Shown here: positions 12,912 through 31,866 of the stretch, piece by piece
Position numbering within the stretch: position 1 is the first letter of the stretch
Layout of the letters: each line of letters starts with the position of its first letter
Source: Eledone cirrhosa
Lineage: Eukaryota
Direction: 5' to 3'
Assembly (NCBI GenBank): GCA_964016885.1
Contig: OZ024741.1
Location: forward strand, 353,772,001-353,836,000
DNA: 64,000 nucleotides
Position numbers and translations under genes: made by a program
The notes under the pieces: generated by a model
What the model was told of the DNA's origin: nothing
The model's input: only the letters and a program-made list of their open reading frames with translations
The model's database searches: none

Positions 12912-14232
12912 ATTGAGATGGAGGGTTTATGTTTCTGTTGTGGTTTCTCTCCCATCTGGTTGTAGTTCGAAAATTCTTTCTGTTTTATACGAAAAAGTGT
13001 CTGATTGCTATTTCTTTAAAATGTAATTTGGTTGGTTTATGACTGTCACGTGATTAGGTACAGTAAATTTCGCACCAGAAAAAGTAGCTCAGAATTGCTT
13101 ATTGCTATTCTATTTGTTGGTGACAGTCACGTGATTAAGCATAGTAATGTTTGCGCCAAAAATTGATGGTCAGAGTCAGGTGATTATGCATAGATATTTT
13201 AGCGCCAGAAAAGGATTGTCAGAAAGTGGGAGAAGAGAGGAATATTAAAATCTGACATTCCTCAGCCATACTCACTGAACCAGAACACTCCAATTCTTTC
13301 CTTCACTCTTCTCCCAGATTCTAACCATCCTCGAGTTCGACGTTATGGTAGAGAAAACACAGCACTTGTTTGGAGGGGAGTCGAGTCTGAGGTAATTCCC
13401 ACTCGAGCTTTTTCTCAAGAAGCAAAATGGCCTTTCTTGTTTCCATTTTCTTATACGCTGTGAAAGATGAAAAGCTAAATCAATCAATTTCATTTTAACG
13501 TGCCTTTGAGTTCTTACATTTCTAGAACCGATTCAGTCTACGAAAAGCAAAAGACAAGAACTTTATAACAATGGATGGAACTTGAAGAAAACCAGCACGT
13601 TTACTACTCACTAACAAGACCACCACTGAACCAACAATGCATTAGAACCTCATTGTTAATTCATTATCTTGCTGAATTATCAAAGCAAATATCCAAAAGC
13701 TCACCACATCAACGTGATACCAAATACTTCTTTGTACGAACAATGAAAACGAATCACCGATGTAAAATTACTTCTACATACATAGTTTAAGTTTATAGTT
13801 CATTTCATTTTGGATCTTATAAAGGGTAGAAATGTCTCCTCGTGTACACAGACGAAAATGGACAAAAACTGCAATTTTGAAGTAATTTTTTTCAGTTTTT
13901 GGTATAGCATTTAAAAAGCACAACATTGTGCAACCCCTAAATATATGGATATCTCATCGCCTTTTCCCCTACATACTTTGTATGTAAAATGAATTCAGGG
14001 TGCAATCGACATGAGGTAATTTCAACTAAAAACATTTTTCTCTATAAATATGAAACACCCTAATATTCATTCATATATACATATATGTGTGTGTGCGCAT
14101 GTATGTGTGAATTAAGTTATACAAACGAGAAAAACAAAGCTTAATACATAGGATAGAGTAATCTTATATTTATATGAAAAGCTTGATAAGTGCTTTGGCA
14201 CGTTACATTAGGTGATGTAGCCGCTGCTCGTG

Positions 14233-14300
<68 letters not shown>

Positions 14301-14313
14301 ACCCTCTCTCTCT

Positions 14314-14358
<45 letters not shown>

Positions 14359-14794
14359 AAATATATATATATATGTATGTATATATGGATATATATATAT
14401 ATATATTACAGTCCAGTATTACTATAATTGCTTTACAGCATAGAGTTATGGCTCTCCACGGAGTCAACAAAAGAGAGTACCAGTGATGCGCTGGGCCAGT
14501 CGCTGGATCCGTGCCAAGAGCAGAAAAATTATTATTAAATTATTATTAATACTGGACTGTAATACGATCGGCTTCAACTATACAAACTCTTGAAAGTCAA
14601 CAGTTGACATAATCTTGTAATCTTGTATCAGTAATGACGGTAATATATATATATATATATGTGTGTGTGCGTGTAAGTGAGTAGAGTAGCGTGTGTGTGT
14701 GTGTTGCTGTGTGCGCGCATATGTATGCGTGTGTGTGTATGTTGTACGTATAAGTGTCAATAAGTGATTTTTTTTTTTTTTTTTTTTTTTTTTT

Positions 14795-19309
<4,515 letters not shown>

Positions 19310-19320
19310 ATGAAAAATAT

Positions 19321-19390
<70 letters not shown>

Positions 19391-20071
19391 TTGTATATAT
19401 GCATGTAGATATATATATATATATATAATATATGTATATATATATATATATATATAATGTATATATATATATATATATTTATATATACGTATGTATATAT
19501 ATATGTATATATATATATAGGTATATATATATATGTGTATATATATATATATTATATATATATTTTTTTATATATATATATACATATATATGTGTGTGTG
19601 TGCATATATACATATGTATAAAGAAATGAGTGTACTTGCATGTACATGCCAATATTGACATGCATGGGTGATTATGAATTGCATGGTATATATGTAGCAA
19701 ACGAAAAACAAAAAATAGACATTCTTACATCAAACCATACTACTCTCTGATCCGACGATGGAATTTCCCATTGCCTCGTTTTCGTATTTATTACAACGAC
19801 ACTGTCGAGACTGGTAATAAGGGAATTAATCAATAACTGTGTACATGGCTATCTATTGTTGTTTGCTAGTTATTTTCTATGTGTACGTCCATATGAATAT
19901 GTATGTGTATGCATTTATGTAAGTACTTGGAACATTCCAGAACATGAAATTCATTAAAAATGTATTCTCACTTCCACATATATAACATTGATAGCGAAAT
20001 ATATTTTCAAAACTTTCCTTGTTTGCTATCTATCTATCTATCTATCTATCTATATATATATATATATATAT

Positions 20072-21018
20072 CGACTGGCATATATCACGCGCTCACAGTC
20101 CTCTGGCAAACGGACCCGGCTATCAGTGGAGACTCTACTTCGACATTCTATAGAGGGTTGGTCCGCAGCATGTGCGACGACGCACTCGGAAAAACTCTAA
20201 GCGTAGAGGAGGACGAACTGACCAGTCTGTTCGGTAGTACCTTCCGCCCGGGACCAATGGACAACTTCCAAAAGTCCCTGGCCTGGCAGTGCTATCGATC
20301 AGCTCTACCAGTTCGAGACAAGCTCTACAGACACGGGCGCCCGGGCAGGGACCCTTCGAAAAAGATCTGTCCGAGATCCGTGCGCGACGAGAAAACCGTC
20401 GCGCACGCATTTGTACACTGCCCGGGCGTTACCAACCTGTGGGACTATGTAGAACGACTATTGTCGCGGGTGGGACCAATCCAGTTGACCACCGAGTCCA
20501 TTGTCGTGATCAAACCGCCACCCTCCTTCAAAAACGAGGGAGAGGCTCTTTTGCTATGTGTTATGGCTATGGTGAAAGAGGTTATATGGTGGACGAGGTT
20601 AAAGGGGCTGAGGTCAGACACCTTTCTCTCCGGCGAGCAACTGATTCGTTTTTTCAAATATCATTTTGGAAGAAGAATCAGGATGGAGCGAGAGGTGCTG
20701 TACCCCAGCAAGTTTTATAAAAGGTGGGTGAATGTGGCAAAGATGGCCCGAGTGGTTGGGCCTTCTCTCTATATAAGCCTGTAGGTTGAGGAAAAAGAGG
20801 AAGAGAGGAAGGGAGTACTCACTCTTGGTGCTCCTGGAGATGAGAGTTGTACATTTTTTCGGGGTGTATACAACCCCTGTGTAACGCCTCCCCCCTATTG
20901 GGGATTTCAATTGTTATTTGTTATTTTATTAATAGTTTTATTTTCATATACCTGTATGTAAACTCCCCATTTGTATTTGTCCTCTTCTTTTGTGCCCTTG
21001 TGGCTAATAAAGAAATTT
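20072..21018 (+). mobile_element. 3' fragment of the same Tx1/L1-clade LINE
   Basis: FYRGLV...FQKSLAWQCYR.ALPVRDKL...CPRSVRDEKTVAHAFVHC...; 3' UTR near-identical to 5862-6098 and 58894-59128. Confidence 0.92.
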
Positions 21019-21101
21019 ATATATATATCTCTCTATCTATTCACTCCTTCTCACTCTCTCTCTCTGTCTCTCTCTCTGCTTTTCTCTCGCTCTCTCTACC
21101 C

Positions 21102-21201
<100 letters not shown>

Positions 21202-22529
21202 CAAAGAGGTTGTGGTAAGATACCAGGTGGACCATAACCTACCAGAGTACTAAATACTTAGGGTAGTAGAGTGGGTAATAGGACCCCGACGGCTTAGTTC
21301 GGATCTAGCTGTCGAAACGGCCGGAGCTCAGCCGTCAGCGTCTGACTCTTTTCCTATGTATATATATAAATATCCGAGAACCCCAGTAGACAACTGATGA
21401 GGAAAACTCCCCCCCCCCCCTCGTTCTTGCTTTCGTCTTATTCCCACTGCATTTTAAGATACCTTAAATAGCAACTACACAGCCATTTTTATTCTCCATA
21501 TATTTCATCATGTTTTCGCTATGACCATTCTTCTCTCCCTCCCTTCTACCTATTTATTTCGCTACTTTCTACTCTCACCCCTCTTTCTTCCACTCCCTTT
21601 CTCCCTCTGTTTCACTCATCCTCTCTACCAGTCTTCTCTCTTCTCCTACCTAACTATTTCGTTACTATCTACTCTTACCCCACTTTATTCCTCTCCCTTT
21701 CTCCCTCTCACTTTCACCCCCTCTTCTGACCCTTTAGTGGTTCTTTTCTCACTTATAACTGCGGGGATCAGACGTGTGTCTTTTTTTCTTAAATTCTCTT
21801 ATCGAGTGGTCTTGGATTTTCTTACCTTAAGCTGCTCGCACATTGCTCGGTTTGTTGTTTTTCGCTGTTTTTTCACTGTTTTCTCTTTTCTTCCCTCCAT
21901 CCTCCGTTTTCCTAATAACTTATCCAGTTATTGATGCCCTTGGGATAGATATCTTGTCTTTAAAGCGTAGAAATATCCGAGACCCCCCAGTAGACAACTG
22001 ATGAGGAAAACTCCCCCCCCCCCCGTTCCTGCTTTCTTCTTATTCCCACTCCATTTTAAGATATTTATATATATATATAAATATATATGTATTATGTATA
22101 TACAGATAAAATAAAGAGAGAGGGGGAGATAGAAAGCGAGAAAGCAAGGGAAGAATTCAGACAAAGACGAGAGATTAAATTTCCATATTTTACTGCGTAA
22201 TGTACATTCCTGTACTTTATATATTTTTAATTAGGTTTACATTTTTAAGTAATTCTAATCATGTGGAAACCCCTTCTTCTGACGTAAATGCAAAATAATA
22301 TGCTAAGAATCCATCCATCCAAGCATATATATACTCTTTGGGTGTTAGTTTCATGTTTATAAAGTAGTAGTCCTCCTTGAACAGAAAGTAGAGTGGTCAA
22401 AATGAGATTGTGAATTTTCAACTGACATATAGTCCGTTGGGAATATATATGATTCACCTGATTTAGATTGAAAGCTAAAAGTTATAAGTAAAAATATCTT
22501 AAGAACGAACATAAACATGGGTCTTCTTC

Positions 22530-23050
22530 GGTTTCGATGATGAGTCTTCCAGCTGTTGGATCAACGAAACAGCCTGCTCATGGAATTAACATTCTGAGCG
22601 TTCTACAGACACGTGTACCCTTAACATAACCAGACCTGCCAACCTCTAAAAACCCAAACGGGAAGTACCATGAAAACAAGTGCCTCAAAACTAGCAAAAT
22701 GGGGAGATTTTACATAATGAAAGCTACACCCATTTTCAAAAGAGAAGACATCAGTCACCCACCCCAAAGTGGATCGGAGATCTCCCCGTCGGACGAAGAG
22801 AGTTGACAGGACTGCATAACTCTAAAGAAGATTCAAATGTGACAGATTATATGGCAAAACTGACCTTTTGAATTACAGGCGCAGTCCATCTGACGGGCTT
22901 CCAAACAGTTCCTGTCTACCCAATTTCATTTACAAGCCATGGGTCGACCAGACGTTATGGTAAGTAACACTTACCCAAGATGCCACGTAGTTGCATTAAA
23001 CCTGGGACCTAATGATTACGAATCAAACTCTTACCAATTCGACCATGCAG
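22530..23050 (-). mobile_element. Degenerate SINE, interrupted by a MITE
   Basis: Shares gaaacagcctgctc...gaattaac...acagacacgtgtacccttaa with 23560-23700 and with the reverse complement of 26495-26750. Confidence 0.55.
22631..22814. mobile_element. 184-bp MITE, hAT-like TIRs, 6-bp TSD
   Basis: TIRs cagacctgccaac / gttgacaggactg; direct repeat cataac at 22625-22630 and 22815-22820. Confidence 0.7.
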
Positions 23051-23135
23051 CTTTCATTTCAACAGCAATAACGACGGCATAAGAATTTAACGCCCGAAAA
23101 TTTTGGTTTTAAGTTCACTATATTTAATTTAGATT

Positions 23136-24338
23136 GGCAGCAAATTGACAAAGCCGTTAGAACGTTGAATAAAATGCTTTGCGGTACTCTGCGTTCTGAG
23201 TTCAAATACCACCGTGTTTAACCTTTCATCCTTTTGAGGTCGATAAAAAAGTACCAATATAATTCTGGGTTTGATCTTTGCTCTATATTCTTTCTCGCTT
23301 CCTTTCTACCACTCTTTCTCCTCCCCCGAAAGAAATCGACTGTGTTCAGATCTGGGTTCCTCCAGATTAAAAATGCACAAGAAACGTCGTATGTCACTAC
23401 GGATCCCTTCCAACTACATAAAAAATTACGGGTACATAAAAAACATGCACGAGAGGAGGCGAGATAGCGAAAGGAAATAAAAAGTGAAATGAAAATGGCG
23501 TTGAATAAAACAAAACATCCAAATATAATGTTGCAAAATAAATGGAAGTATATTGTTGGGCCTCCGTCAATTCCGACTACGAGTGTTCCAGTTATACGAA
23601 GAACTGAACAGCCTGCTCCTGAAATTAATATACAAATGTTTGAGCATTCCACAGATACGTGTATCCTTAATTCGGAGAGAATTAGCGTGACACAGTGCGT
23701 GATCGTGAACCGAACACCCTAACTTCTAAGCCACAAATGGGAAATACATAAATTAAATGAATGAAAGGAGCTGAAACTCACAAACATGAGAACGTCACAC
23801 TGTAATAGAACTACATATTGCAACATTACGACAGGCACCCCTTGGGGGGGGGGGGAAGAAGAAGAATTAATAACAATTTACAACCTAAAATATAAAAAGG
23901 ACATCATTGTGTGAGACGGAAAAGGCGAAATTGTTAGAACATCGAACAAAACATTTTAAGGTATTTAGTTATCGTTCTTGACTAACTATCTGAGTTCAGA
24001 TCTCACCGAGGTCAAATGGGTCTTAGATCTTTCTGGGATTCATAAAATATATTGGGGTCAATGAAATTGACTTTCCTCCTTTCTCCAAAATTAATGGCTT
24101 TGTGTCTAAATTAGAAGCCAGCGCCATGGATTAGTAGAATCGTTTGAGCGTCGAACAAAATGCATTGTGGCATGTAGTTACGGCCCTTTATGTTTTGAGT
24201 TCAAATTAAACCGAGTTTAGCTTTGCCTTTCATCTTTACGTGGTCGATAAAATAAAGTACCATTAACACACTGGGGTCGATTTAATCGATTTCACCCTCC
24301 CCTTCAAATTGTTTGCCTTGTGTCAAATGTAGAAACAC
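23136..24338 (+). mobile_element. Cluster of degenerate CORE-type SINE copies (~23136-23272, ~23925-24118, ~24125-24338)
   Basis: Same gagttcaaat, cctttcatc and gtcgataaaa...gtacca motifs as 3001-3628. Confidence 0.7.
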
Positions 24339-26494
24339 TTATATCAAGGATATTCTATTCCATATTCTTCTATTTAAAGAATCCCTTGAGCTCTCTTTAT
24401 CAAATTCCTGGTTATACAGTGTATTACACCACTAGGATTAAGGTTTTAATCTAATCTGAAAGTTTGCAAAAGAAGACAAAACGAATAGTAAACACTAATT
24501 TCTAAAATAATTTTAAGCACCTTAAAGGTATCCTTAATCCCATTTTATTTTTTCATCCCTTTATATTTCATGTTATGTTTAAGCACCAAATATTTAGGTT
24601 AGCACTCTACTTCCAAATCATATTTATATTTTTACTTTATTTCATAAGACAACGTAAATATTTATAAACCACTACATAATCCTTCCGATTTAAACACCAA
24701 GCAAGAATTTAATCTCATCAGTCAACTTTCAACTTCTAAGGTTTTATTTTCCAAAGAGCCACAGATTTTCTATTTAAATTTAAGTATGTGGCATTACTCT
24801 TGCAAGATATTTACATATAGCATATTCAAAATATATTAACATGGCGGTTTCGACAGGACATAATTTATAGGACTAATTTATCCCACGAAAGAGTGTTCTA
24901 GAGTTGTATGAAAGGTTTTATATGTGCATGTATATATGTGTACGTATATATGTGTAGGTATATATGTGTATGTATTACAAATACACAGACCAGCACCACC
25001 ATCCCTACAACAATGATATATGCCTGCGCAATGTAAGACAACGCTCTACAGCATGCAACAACCCAGGTGTATTCCGCCCCCTGTCTCAATGGACAAAATA
25101 GAGATAGTGTTACCTCGGAGTTTAGTGAGTGAGACGCGGTGAAATAGTAATTCCAACTCGTGGAGCTCACTCCTGCTGGTGGCCAACTCCGTTCCGCTAG
25201 CAGCGAGTAGGGGGGCATCGGGAGCAAGAACGCCAGACCTCTCCACTCAATCAAACATCAGTAGCATTATCTGTCTGCTGTCTGACTTTAATTAATGTAT
25301 AATGTACAGTTCTGAAAATTGGATCTTAGGATCCTTATTAACTTAAAAAGAAAAATTATGTAAAAGTAAATTACTCTTTTACTCTTTTACCTGTTCCAGC
25401 CATCCGGCTGAGGCCATTTTATGTTTCGATAAATTTACATTTTATGTTTCGATAAATTTACAATAAGGAATAGTTTACTCTAAGTTTTAATTTTTAAATA
25501 TAAATTTTCAACTTCAATTTCAGTTCTGTCTGTATAATCTTACTGTGTTTTAACGCCTACACTCCAATATTTAAATTTATAACATCTATATAATCCCGCA
25601 AATTTACAGAAATTATAATATACTTCATCCGATTTGAACAGATAATTCAGGTCACCGAAAATGTTAATTATTTTTTACTTATTGTCTGTTGAGTTTCAAT
25701 GATCTAATCTGAAATTCATTTACTCTAAAATTAAACTTAATATACCTCACTAGCTGCTTGATAAATACTTCATTTACACATTGCTAGCTTTTAGTTTTCC
25801 TCACGAGTCTCCATAATTTAAGATGAGCGATGGCATTTGCTAAGTGTTAAATAATTTTGCTCATATTCATATACAGGATGGTCCAAAAGTCACATCTTAC
25901 CTATTTTTATTAATAAAACATTACAAATTAACTCAAAATTATTTTTTCTTGGCGGGTGTATTTTTCCATAATTAGATCTTGTTTTGTTTAACTCTAATCT
26001 GAAAGAAAAAATATATATTCTAATAATAAAAAAAATTATGAATCTTTTAAAATAGGAAGTGGTTTTGGCTCAGCCTGTACATTCCAACACTGTTCGAAAA
26101 TCTTTCCGACAAAATTTTCTTCGTCGTACTACTCCAATCCATATAGTTTTGAAGTAGTTCATGAAAGTTTCGAGCAGATGTTCATCCTCAACACTCAGAT
26201 TTCCAATTTTTTCAGTTAGATGTACAAATAATAGAGTGTGAAAGGATTTTATCAGCATGTTTCAGATTTTAATTTTACCAGGCGGTAAACTGAATTGTTT
26301 GAATTTGACCATAACATTGTTTAAAATGAAAACCAAATTTCTGCTGTAGGGAAGTTATTTGAAACTGCATTAAATGCACCATTTTCAAAGACAATAGACA
26401 CAGGTTCAAGGGGAAATACAATTGTTTGTTGTTTAGATAACTCGATTTGATTTTATGTTGAATCAGATTTCACAATTGAAGTTTGTGAATTAGA

Positions 26495-26750
26495 GTCCCC
26501 GTGGCGCGTTATGTCTTTGAGCAACATACTTTATTTCACATTGTTCCAGTCACTCAGCTGGCATGAATAAGTTGTACCTATACTTTAAAGCACGGCCATA
26601 TCACACATTGTGTCGCGCTGAACTTTCTTGAGAACTACATTAAATTGCGTATGTCTGTGAATGCTCTGCCACTTACATGTAAGTTTCGCAAGCGGGATGT
26701 CCCACTATAGGAACAACCGGAACACACGTCGTCAACGGTATGATCCAACA
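26495..26750 (+). mobile_element. SINE fragment (Deu/Nin-like central motif)
   Basis: tgtctttgagcaacatactttatttcacattgttccagtcactcagctg motif plus a tail shared with 22530-22625. Confidence 0.5.
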
Positions 26751-26910
26751 CCCGCGCATCAGATGTATCACGGAAAACAGTATATATCAAAGGAGTGATG
26801 CAGAAACCATTTATTGGATCATGAACGGTTCATGAATGATTACCAACTGGAGCAAAAGAAAATATTGCATCACTGAAATAGTTACTTCTTTAAGCAAGTA
26901 AGTCTAGATT

Positions 26911-27640
26911 TCTTCTTCTTCTTCTTCTTCTTCTTCTTCTTCTTCTTCTTCTTCTTCTTCTTCTTCTTCTTCTTCTTCTTCTTTCTGAGGGGGTCGTGGG
27001 GGCAGAGTCCTCAAACACTTCGTCCAGCGGGCGTATCAGAAGCAACCGTTTCCTACTGATCCGGCTGAATCTCCAAGTGAGACCAGCCGAACTCATGTAT
27101 GTTATCCAACTATCTTGCTCGGGGTCTACACCTGGGTCTCCCGCCACTATGTTTTGCCCGTAAAATCTGTACAGTGATTCTTTCCTGAGACATTCTAACC
27201 CCATAGCCATAGTATTGGACCTTTGACCTCTAAATTCACAGAAGTAGCGGTTTACATGGAGTGCCTCTCTAATCTCTGAGCTACGCACCACTCTATCAAG
27301 TAACGTTACTCCAAAGACCCTTCGGAGAAACCCCATTTCTGCCGCTTGTATTCATGATCCTAATCTTTCGGTCATTACCCAAGGTCCATGACCATAGGTA
27401 TTCGCATGAAAACCGAATTGAAGATAGCGAGTTTGGCTTTTACACATACCTTTCTTCTTCTGATTGCTAAATGTTGACGCTGGCACATTACTGCACCAGC
27501 TCCTGCAATTCTTGCACTTAATTCAGCCTCCTGCCTTTCATCACTCGTGAACACGACTCCGGGATACTTGAACTTCTCCACCTGCTTCAATGGAACTCCA
27601 TTCACGTGTAGAGTGCACTGCGCAGGCTTCCTTGACAGTT
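26911..27640 (-). mobile_element. 3' fragment of an RTE-clade (Rex3/Expander-like) LINE with (AGA)n tail
   Basis: LKQVEKFKYPGVVFTSD, KAKLAIFNS, QAAEMGFLRRVFGVTLLDRV; (TTC)n at 26911-26985 on the + strand. Confidence 0.8.
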
Positions 27641-28735
27641 GGGTTGCAAAAGCTTATAGATTATTTTCATTATCCTTTCTATATAAATTATTCCTTTCCC
27701 ATTACACATATCCAGTCTATATAACTGTTACCTTTAGAATTTCGATTTTGCATCTATCTTCTGCATACCAGCAACACCAAGAGAAACATTCTGTGTCATA
27801 ACTTGGATGATAGTTGATATCTGTTCATCCGAACTGGAAACACTTCACCGCACTCTTGATACAGACTTTTCCGTTTCAATACGTAATGGATCCAATGTGT
27901 TAATATGCTCAGTTGGTCGGTTTTCAATTTCATTTCCGCTAGTAGACATTCGACATTTGCATGTCGAGTACTTGTCACAACTCCAATATATATTGAGATT
28001 GTTGACAGTCTCGTCGCATTGAATTAGCTTACATTTTCATGTTGTAATCAACACAAACGCCATCTCAGCTATGTAGAAAAATAATCGATATCAAGCAGAC
28101 ATAGGAAAACCTTGTGAATTGTATACGCATTATCTGAAGCTTTGATGTCCACAAAAGTATATTAAACAACAATCACAAATCACATGACTGCAAAACATCC
28201 TGCCTCTTTACCTATGGTCTCTTGATAAAAAGATCACTGCCATCTCTGCATAATCTTCCTACCCATAACAATGATGACGCTGTAAACAGTACTGCCGCGG
28301 AGAAAAAATCCATATGTTCTCTCCGCTTAGCATCCAACATCTTCTTTCACAAACCGAAGATATCTCTAAAACTTCCCTTTTCCACCCTACTAGTCTCACC
28401 ACAACATACAAACACGCAAGGTAAATCAGTACTTAGTTCACTTCAAATAAAAGTCACTGTTCCTGAAAATATCACCAACCATTAAACATTACTATAGACT
28501 AGGGTCTATAGTATAGACCCTGTCTTTGCTAGTCTCTGCAGTTTTTGTTTGTTTTAATAATATTACTGCACTGTGAAGAATTCTTTTAAAGGCAGACTTC
28601 TTATGCTAATTCTATGAACAATAAATATGAGTCTACTGTAATCCATCCGTTATGTGGCTGTATAGTCTGTTTGAATAGTGTTTATTCTTAATGTAACTCG
28701 TATTATAATATAAACTATTACATCGATAAGAATAC

Positions 28736-28816
<81 letters not shown>

Positions 28817-28834
28817 ATAATATATATGTACATT

Positions 28835-29585
28835 GTTATTCATTGGGAGGGTCATGCTGCCAATAAAACACACCTGTTGGTTTTCACTTCAATTTATTAC
28901 ACATTTCCAATTGGTTGGTTTAATAACCAGATGGTTGTTTATTTGTTGTGTAAGCTCTTTCGTCATACATTATGTGACCTGCTCAGTGACTAATTTGTTG
29001 TCATATCACAGGTTGATTTTATTAGTCTTCTTCTTAATTCTTTCTATCTTATTCCCAAATCTTCTCCTAAACACGGGGCAAGTCCCATTGGATGAAGTTT
29101 TGTATGTTTCTCTCTAATTCTTTAGGATTGCACATGCGGGACACATTTTTCATCACTCTTACTAAATTCGCAATTAGTATGTTAACTTTCATGTTATCAG
29201 AAACGCCTGAGTTTCGATGGATCGCGTACTTGGAGGTCACGGGTTTGGCATAATGCGAATAGAGGATTTGTGTTTTATCATTAATGGTTTCTAACCAGAG
29301 TTCTGTGTCTAGTACAGATAATCTATGGTTGGGATGTTTGGTTGAGTAGCCTATGGTAACTTTAATACTCTGGTAAATGGAGTTAGCTATTTTACTGGAT
29401 GCTTTCCATGGTGTTCCTTTCTAATTCCTTACCGTTCTCCTGCGGAGGTGTTTTCACTGCGATGTTAATGACATCTACGTAGCGGGAGTGCGTAGTCAGG
29501 GTTATAGAGTTCTCATCTAAGCGTTCATTAAGTTTCCTGTCTCTATATACCATAAAGAGGTTAGCTATGTTACCAGCAATGCTGA
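28835..29585 (-). mobile_element. Degenerate, internally deleted relative of the PLE at 43498-45720
   Basis: Shares gggagggtcatg, tttcgtca...gtgacct and gcacatgcgggacaca, and YSRYVDD-like acatctacgtagcgggagt, with 43498-45150. Confidence 0.8.
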
Positions 29586-29660
29586 CACTAATGGCCGCCC
29601 CCTCGTCTTTGGCTTTTTTTCTTTTAATACCACCACCAATAATTCACTGAAACACCTACA

Positions 29661-29783
<123 letters not shown>

Positions 29784-30149
29784 TGTGTGTGTGTGTGTGT
29801 GTTTTAAACTGCTACCACCTCTATTGGTCAACACTAACAGAGAACGAAAGAAAACTACGGACAAAAATATGAACTTTCCTCCCTAAATGTGTATGTAAAA
29901 ACTAGAAAAGTTTTTCTCCATTTTATTATTATTCGTGTAAATATGCAATTTAACTGTACTATACACTTCCGTCGTCGAAAAAGCATATATATCTGAAACC
30001 GGTACACAATTAAATGCGCAAATCCCTACTTTGTAAATAAATGTTTTGATGTTATACTGAAAAATTCCCTCTAACATTTTCTACTGTATTTGTTTCCTTT
30101 TTATTATTTGTTTATATAACACATACACACCCACCACCTTCATCCTGTA

Positions 30150-31225
<1,076 letters not shown>

Positions 31226-31354
31226 GATAAATCTACCAAAAGTTTACGGTAGTGTCCAATCCGTATGAAGAACTCAGTGTAATCCGGTTATCATGGAAAG
31301 AAGAGATGCATTCAAAAATCACTTTCGGTGAAAGATAAACGGAATACAGAGTCA

Positions 31355-31785
31355 ATATAAAATATTTAAAAAATAATGAATAAAACAATGAAACAGTTCC
31401 TTATATTAAACAAAAAAAGTTCATTGTTTAACGATCGTTTCTAGGACATATATGTGTTAGAATTGGCATGCATATTCAACAGATCTATGTACAAAATTAT
31501 ACAAAATTATACAAACTATCAAATAGAATATACATACCAACACATACATATGCCGTCTTCAGAAATAATGAAATATATTTCATTATTTCTGAAGACGGCA
31601 TATGTATGTGTTGGTATGTATATTCTATTTGATAGTTTGTATAATTTTGTATAATTTTGTACATAGATCTGTTGAATATGCATGCCAATTCTAACACATA
31701 TATGTCCTAGAAACGATCGTTAAACAATGAACTTTTTTTGTTTAATATAAGGAACTGTTTCATTGTTTTATTCATTATTTTTTTA

Positions 31786-31796
<11 letters not shown>
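31355..31796. repeat. 442-bp spacerless palindrome (221-bp arms, one mismatch noticed)
   Basis: Centre agaaataatgaaata|tatttcattatttct at 31575/31576; the ORF track gives the same 66-aa peptide on both strands. Confidence 0.95.
31579..31731 (+). ncRNA. Long-stem-II hammerhead; mirror copy on the minus strand at 31420-31572
   Basis: ttcattattt CTGAAGA [114-nt hairpin] GAAA cgatcg TT aaacaatgaa. Palindromic AACGATCGTT stem III; homologous to 1200-1337. Confidence 0.65.

Positions 31797-31860
<64 letters not shown>

Positions 31861-31866
<6 letters not shown>

Larger units (their letters stand above)
26060..28030 (-). mobile_element. Fragmented Mutator-like (MULE) transposase remnant with N-terminal FLYWCH-like finger
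   Basis: Minus 27890-28020 gives IYWSCDKYSTCKCRMSTSG...EH...DP. Minus 26070-26400 gives SIVFENGAFNAVSNNFP and FMNYFKTIWIG...RR. Interrupted by SINE and RTE insertions. Confidence 0.55.

Noticed and set aside
19785-19825. gac-act-gtc-gaga-ctgg-ta-ataa, resembling the 3' half of a hammerhead
   Set aside because: Core is absent and GAAA is mutated; too degenerate to support.
21360-22070. Two gacaa-CTGATGA-ggaaaactc motifs in a ~600-bp-spaced direct repeat
   Set aside because: No stem II closure or downstream GAAA/NUH; cannot be completed as a hammerhead, although it may be a pLTR remnant.
25040-25260. GC-richer island, possible HDV-like ribozyme or LINE 5' UTR
   Set aside because: Could not build the nested double pseudoknot by eye and found no homologue in the window.
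28501-28521. agggtctata-g-tatagaccct hairpin
   Set aside because: Short isolated palindrome with no supporting context.
31223-31354. 130-bp spacer with small hairpins (gtagat/atctac, tcactttcggtga)
   Set aside because: No complete ribozyme core on either strand.
31454-31697. Identical 66-aa ORFs on both strands
   Set aside because: Direct consequence of the palindrome; no coding features.
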